In this document: piece after piece, positions 60,661 to 64,000 of the stretch | Position numbering within the stretch: the stretch's first letter is position 1 | Layout of the letters: the number at the start of each line of letters is the position of its first letter | Notes under the pieces: model-generated | Database searches by the model: none | Seen by the model: only the letters and a program-made list of their open reading frames with translations | Told to the model about the DNA's origin: nothing | Made by a program: the position numbers and the translations under genes | Assembly (NCBI GenBank): GCA_963698975.1 | Contig: CAVOSV010000001.1 | Coordinates: forward strand, 98,514-162,513 | Reading direction: 5' to 3' | Source of the DNA: an uncultured Gemmatimonadales bacterium | Lineage (GTDB): Bacteria; Gemmatimonadota; Gemmatimonadetes; Gemmatimonadales; GWC2-71-9 | Length of the DNA: 64,000 nucleotides

Positions 60661-60797
60661 GCCCGATCAGGTGGCCGATTTAAAGAACGCGTTAGCGGAG
60701 GATGCAGTGGCGCGGCTCTAGGCGCTATCGGTGGGAGCGTTGGATATGGTGCGGCAGCGGAGAGAAGTCGCCGCAGCTGATGCCCAGTCCGTTGGGC
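60661..60797 (+). repeat. attC site (family A-like)
   Basis: Right arm CGCAGCTGATGCCCAGTCCGTTGGGC with R' at 60791-60797. Candidate left core GCCCGAT at 60661. Confidence 0.6.
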
Positions 60798-60850
60798 TGG
60801 CGCTCATCCATGCCTGAGCCCTGCAAGCCTGAGACCGATGGAGCGACCTA

Positions 60851-61207
60851 ATGGCGACCAAAGATGTCGTTCAGGGCTACTTCGATTGTCTGAGAGTGAA
60901 GCGAGGATGGGAAGCCTTCCTGGCTGATGAGATGGAGTTCACCAGCTTCACCAGCCCGATCAAGCGCGTGACGGGTAGAGGCGCCTATCTCGAAGCAACA
61001 AAGCGTTTCTACTCCATGATCAAGACTTTGGAGATCCAGGGCCCCATCATCGTGGATGGAGAAAGGGCCTGCGTTCTGACCCGATACGAACTTCAGCCAC
61101 CTGCTGGCCTTGTGTTCGAGAGCCACGTCGCGGAAGTGTTTGAAGTGCGGAATGACAAGATCAAGGCGTTTAACATCTACTTTGACAGTGCACCTTTCCC
61201 CAAGTAA
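60851..61207 (+). CDS. cassette ORF: SnoaL-like / NTF2-fold protein
   Basis: 118 aa. VVQGYFDCLRVKRGWEAFLADEMEFTS...VFEVRNDKIKAFNIYFD. Two sampled 60-nt lines give about 57-58 % GC by hand count, against ~72 % in one core line. Confidence 0.7.
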   Translation: MATKDVVQGYFDCLRVKRGWEAFLADEMEFTSFTSPIKRVTGRGAYLEATKRFYSMIKTLEIQGPIIVDGERACVLTRYELQPPAGLVFESHVAEVFEVRNDKIKAFNIYFDSAPFPK

Positions 61208-61354
61208 GAGAAACCCGGCAAATCACTGGGACGCGACGTTCTTGACCCCGGGCTCGGAGCCTATTACGAGCTGCCAGGCACTGAGTCGGCCAGACGTGTC
61301 CTGCGGCTCCTTGGCAGAGCCGTCGCAAGAATCGAGCAGCTGAGGAGGTGTAGC
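61208..61354 (+). repeat. degenerate attC-like site
   Basis: GAGAAACCCGGCAAATCAC resembles the family B left arm. GAGCAGCTGAGGAGGTGTAGC resembles the right arm and also supplies the RBS for the next ORF. Confidence 0.35.
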
Positions 61355-61359
61355 GGATC

Positions 61360-61725
61360 ATGAGGAACCTAGTCATTCTCGCGGCGGCGCTCGAAATTCC
61401 GACCGGTCTGGTCCTCATCCTCGCTCCCACCCTTTTTACGCAACTTCTATTCGGCACCGAGATGTCAGCTCCAGACCGGGCACTTGCCCCGCTTGCTGGT
61501 TTTGCCCTGCTAGCACTCGCAGTTGCCTGTTGGCCGGCACGCGGTGTTTCCGCGCCGCCAGCTTCCGCCGTCCGAGCACTCCTGGCATTTAGCTTCTTGT
61601 GCGCTGCGTACCTGGTATATCGGGGGATATCGGGGAACAGGACTGGGCTACTCCTGTGGCCTGCGGCCACTGGTCACGCCGTGCTCGGAGTACTTCTGAC
61701 GGTCGCTCCACGTTTAAGGGGTTAG
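61360..61725 (+). CDS. cassette ORF: hypothetical four-TM membrane protein
   Basis: 121 aa, hydrophobic. The 3' end runs into the following attC. Confidence 0.6.
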   Translation: MRNLVILAAALEIPTGLVLILAPTLFTQLLFGTEMSAPDRALAPLAGFALLALAVACWPARGVSAPPASAVRALLAFSFLCAAYLVYRGISGNRTGLLLWPAATGHAVLGVLLTVAPRLRG

Positions 61726-61775
61726 ATAGTATCCAAACGACAAGTCACCGCGGCTGATGCGCGGCCCGTTTAGGC
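61694..61775 (+). repeat. attC site (family A, left arm truncated)
   Basis: TTCTGAC...GTTAGATAGTATCCAAACG...CGCGGCTGATGCGCGGCCCGTTTAGGC with R' at 61768-61775. Confidence 0.6.
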
Positions 61776-61795
61776 GCACCGCTTGAAAGACAATC

Positions 61796-62500
61796 GTGAC
61801 CACTCGCACAATCATCCGATTTGGGGGTTTCTGTCTCGCAGGTGGTGCGATTGCGTTTCTTGTCGTCTTCGCTTACCTCGCCGCGCGCTTCAGTTACCCT
61901 GATGTCCTTGATGGTCCGGCTGCAACGGTCTTGCCAGCTCTTCTCGCGACCGGCCCTCAGGGCCGCCTGGTTTGGGCCATCTATGCGCTCCTCCCACTGA
62001 TATGGCTTCCAGCCGGCGTCGCGGCCTACGAAGCTTTGGCCCCGGTACGTCGTGGGGCGATGCGGCTGGCGCTGATGTTCGCGGTAGTGGCGGCCCTCGC
62101 CTTGATGTTGGGCCTCATGCGCTGGCCGAGTGTTCACTGGCACCTCGCATTGGCATTTGAGCGCGCAGGCCCCCCGGAGCAGGCCATCATTTCATCCATT
62201 TTTGATGGCCTTAACACCTATCTGGGCAACTACCTCGGTGAGTTTCTGGGTGAACTCTCTTTCAGCGCGTTCTTCCTATTGACTTCGATCGTTTGGCTGC
62301 ACTCACCAGGGACAGCCAGCTGGATTGGCTGGGTTGGTCTCGCGACGGCGGCGTTCGGTTTTGCAGGCATGTTCCGCAACGTCACCGACACCGTGGCTCC
62401 TATCGCAGCCCTGAACAATTACCTACTCCCCGCTTTCATGATCATTCTTGGTATCGCGCTCGTGCGGTGGCCGATGGGCCACGATGCAACGGGCGCCTGA
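61796..62500 (+). CDS. cassette ORF: DUF4386 domain-containing membrane protein
   Basis: GTG start, 234 aa, six TM segments, family-like layout. The TGA stop lies inside R'' GCCTGAC. Confidence 0.65.
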   Translation: MTTRTIIRFGGFCLAGGAIAFLVVFAYLAARFSYPDVLDGPAATVLPALLATGPQGRLVWAIYALLPLIWLPAGVAAYEALAPVRRGAMRLALMFAVVAALALMLGLMRWPSVHWHLALAFERAGPPEQAIISSIFDGLNTYLGNYLGEFLGELSFSAFFLLTSIVWLHSPGTASWIGWVGLATAAFGFAGMFRNVTDTVAPIAALNNYLLPAFMIILGIALVRWPMGHDATGA

Positions 62501-62597
62501 CAAGCGCATGCGGGTGACGGCGCCTCACTTCAAAGGAACGTCGGGATAGTGTGCACAAACGAGGAAGTCACCCCAGCTGATGCGCGGTCCGTTAGGC
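62495..62597 (+). repeat. attC site (family A)
   Basis: R'' GCCTGAC, AAGCGCATGC, internal GATAGTGT, right arm CCAGCTGATGCGCGGTCC, R' GTTAGGC (62591-62597). Confidence 0.85.
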
Positions 62598-62724
62598 GGC
62601 AGCCGAATAGATCATTGTGGCGCCTGCCGTTTCATGAAGTCGCAGTGCCGCCAGCTGGATCGTGCTCAATCTTGAGCGCCAGAGAGAGGGTCGGACAAGC
62701 CCCTGCCCGATGGAGGATCGTACG

Positions 62725-63120
62725 ATGACGGAAGCAGGTCCCGGCACGGTATGTCTCGCTAGCATCGCACCCCAATTTCTAGTGGACGATCTCAGCGCAG
62801 CCATGGCGTATTATCGCGATAAGCTCGGATTCAGCCTCGACTTCTGCTACGACTCGTTCTACGCAGGTGTGAGCCGCGACGGCTGTGCAATTCATCTCAA
62901 GTGTGCCCCCAAGACGCTCAGCGACCGAGCACATCGTCAGCAGAACGAGCATCTCGACGCCTATATCAGTGTCACCGGGGCCGCGACCCTGCAAGATGAA
63001 CTGCGGTCGCGTGGTGCATCCATCATTAAGTCGCTCGAAGCGCGACCGTGGTCGTGTATCGACTTCTACGTGGAGGACCCCGATGGATACATTCTCTGCT
63101 TCAGCGAGCCGACCGCCTAG
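62725..63120 (+). CDS. cassette ORF: VOC family (glyoxalase/bleomycin-resistance-like) protein
   Basis: GGAGGA RBS before the ATG at 62725. PQFLVDDLSAAMAYYRDKLGFSLDF...FYVEDPDGYILCF. Confidence 0.8.
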   Translation: MTEAGPGTVCLASIAPQFLVDDLSAAMAYYRDKLGFSLDFCYDSFYAGVSRDGCAIHLKCAPKTLSDRAHRQQNEHLDAYISVTGAATLQDELRSRGASIIKSLEARPWSCIDFYVEDPDGYILCFSEPTA

Positions 63121-63140
63121 AAGCCGGTCCGAACAGGCTG

Positions 63141-63284
63141 GCCTAACCCGCAAATCCAGCCGACAGGCGGGGGCGGGCCAGGGCTCCTGGGAGGCGCGGC
63201 GCTCCTCACGGCGTAGCAGCGGAAGCGTCGATGTGTGCGGGCGCCAGCATGATCGTCCGCAGCTGATTTGTATCTTCGTTAGAC
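63141..63284 (+). repeat. attC site (family B, AT-rich right-arm variant)
   Basis: R'' GCCTAAC. L'' GCAAATC-C-AGC pairs with L' GCTGATTTG(T), giving a compensatory change relative to GCGCAT/ATGCGC with an unpaired base at the same place. R' GTTAGAC at 63278-63284. Confidence 0.7.
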
Positions 63285-63307
63285 AGAACCGACGAGGAAC
63301 GCGGTAG

Positions 63308-63823
63308 ATGGAAATTGGATCAGTGAACCAGTTCCTGGATTACTGGGGCAACCTGCGGGAACGGACCCGCCGAGTGGTACTATGCATTCCCGCCGAGCGC
63401 CTGGAGTGGACGTATCGCGTGGGCGCGTTCACGTTCGGCGACTTGATTCGCCACCTGGCGACCATCGAGCGCTACATGTACGCGGAAACAGTGGCCGGGC
63501 GTCCCAGTCGGTATCCTGGATGCGGGCGCGAGTTAGCAGACGGGTATGAAGCGGTGCTGGCGTACGCCGATCGGCTCGATCAGGAGGCGAAGGACATCAT
63601 TGCCGGGCTGGAGGACACGGACCTCGCGCGCAAGTGCCGGACGCCGGCGGGCACACCGATCACCACGTGGAAGTGGTTGCGGGCCATGTGCGAGCATGAG
63701 GCGCATCATCGAGCCCAGATCTACCTCATGCTCAACATGCTAGAGATCGATACCCCTCCGCTGTTTGGCCTGACGTCGGAAGAGGTCCGTGCGCGGTCCG
63801 CTAGACACCCGGAAACATCATGA
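63308..63823 (+). CDS. cassette ORF: DinB family protein
   Basis: 171 aa. FGDLIRHLATIERYM...MCEHEAHHRAQIYLMLNML. Confidence 0.8.
   Translation: MEIGSVNQFLDYWGNLRERTRRVVLCIPAERLEWTYRVGAFTFGDLIRHLATIERYMYAETVAGRPSRYPGCGRELADGYEAVLAYADRLDQEAKDIIAGLEDTDLARKCRTPAGTPITTWKWLRAMCEHEAHHRAQIYLMLNMLEIDTPPLFGLTSEEVRARSARHPETS
63789..63806 (+). repeat. degenerate attC right arm inside the 3' end of the DinB ORF
   Basis: GTGCGCGGTCCGCTAGAC compared with the consensus ATGCGCGGTCCGTTAGAC. Confidence 0.3.
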
Positions 63824-64000
63824 CGATCAGGCGGATGGACAACGTAGGCATCGTGGTAGAATCCCTCGATTCCGCCATCTCCTTTTTCTCCGAGCTTGGC
63901 CTGAGACTCGAAGGGCGCACCACGGTCGAAGGAGAGTGGGCTGGGCGCGTCACCGGACTCGGGTCCCAGCGCGTCGAGATCGCCATGCTGGTCACTCCAG
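63820..64000 (+). CDS. cassette ORF: VOC (glyoxalase) family protein, 3' end cut by window edge
   Basis: ATGA overlap with the DinB stop. My translation reads MTIRRMDNVGIVVESLDSAISFFSELGLRLEGRTTVEGEWAGRV..., open to nt 64000. Confidence 0.7.
   Translation, partial: MTIRRMDNVGIVVESLDSAISFFSELGLRLEGRTTVEGEWAGRVTGLGSQRVEIAMLVTP

Larger units (their letters stand above)
53465..64000 (+). mobile_element. integron-type gene-cassette array (attC cluster without visible integrase, CALIN-like; runs off the window)
   Basis: Ten strong and several degenerate attC sites are all in the same orientation. Each follows a short ORF, and ORFs begin within 5-110 nt after the preceding R' core where sites are strong. 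See the individual attC features. Confidence 0.8.

Noticed and set aside
53465-64000. The recurring ~24-28-nt box read as a CRISPR array
   Set aside because: Spacing is 0.6-2 kb and irregular, and the intervals contain ORFs with RBSs. Each repeat has an inverted partner that forms an imperfect hairpin. No cas genes are present. The attC interpretation fits better.
1-64000. Search for integrase, transposase, IS ends, phage genes, tRNA and rRNA
   Set aside because: No translation in the six-frame track shows tyrosine- or serine-recombinase or DDE transposase motifs. No intergenic segment has a tRNA-like T-arm (GGTTCGAATCC type) or rRNA-like sequence. Absence is judged by eye only.

Overview
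GC-rich (roughly two-thirds G+C by eye) chromosomal window from a diderm bacterium. TonB receptor, TolC and outer-membrane barrel genes are present. The gene content (CarboxypepD_reg-type TonB receptor, DUF1080, GMC plus gluconate-DH-subunit-3 pair, many DinB and VOC genes) resembles soil Gemmatimonadota or Acidobacteriota, but that is inference only.

Layout:
- 0-9.7 kb: small stress and detoxification enzymes (GNAT, RidA, DinB, CocE/NonD hydrolase, SLT, VOC dioxygenase, SIMPL).
- 9.9-25.8 kb: a convergent carbohydrate locus. The + arm is TonB receptor, GH65-like, a large unknown glycosidase-like protein and DUF1080. The - arm is a sugar ABC transporter, GMC oxidoreductase, gluconate-DH subunit-3-like protein and Gfo/Idh/MocA.
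- 25.9-32.4 kb: a TetR-TolC-MFP-RND efflux operon.
- ~32.5 kb: a c-di-GMP-I riboswitch in front of three tandem outer-membrane beta-barrel paralogs.
- 35-53 kb: mixed genes. These are OsmC, ABC-F, a galactose-oxidase-like/PKD exoprotein, ClC channel, MOSC, M20 peptidase, RCC1-repeat lipoprotein, DUF2231/DUF4142, two regulators, a di-haem cytochrome, a YncE propeller and a heptanucleotide repeat.
- ~53.4 kb to the window end: an integron-type gene-cassette array. It has at least 10 strong attC sites plus degenerate ones and about 14-15 mostly single-ORF cassettes. No integrase is visible.

No rRNA, tRNA, CRISPR, transposase or integrase was recognised.

Caveat: 15 genes are interrupted by about 27 single-nucleotide frame shifts that I could localise. 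Many lie in G/C runs, so the sequence may be indel-error-prone. Every pseudogene call below carries that caveat.
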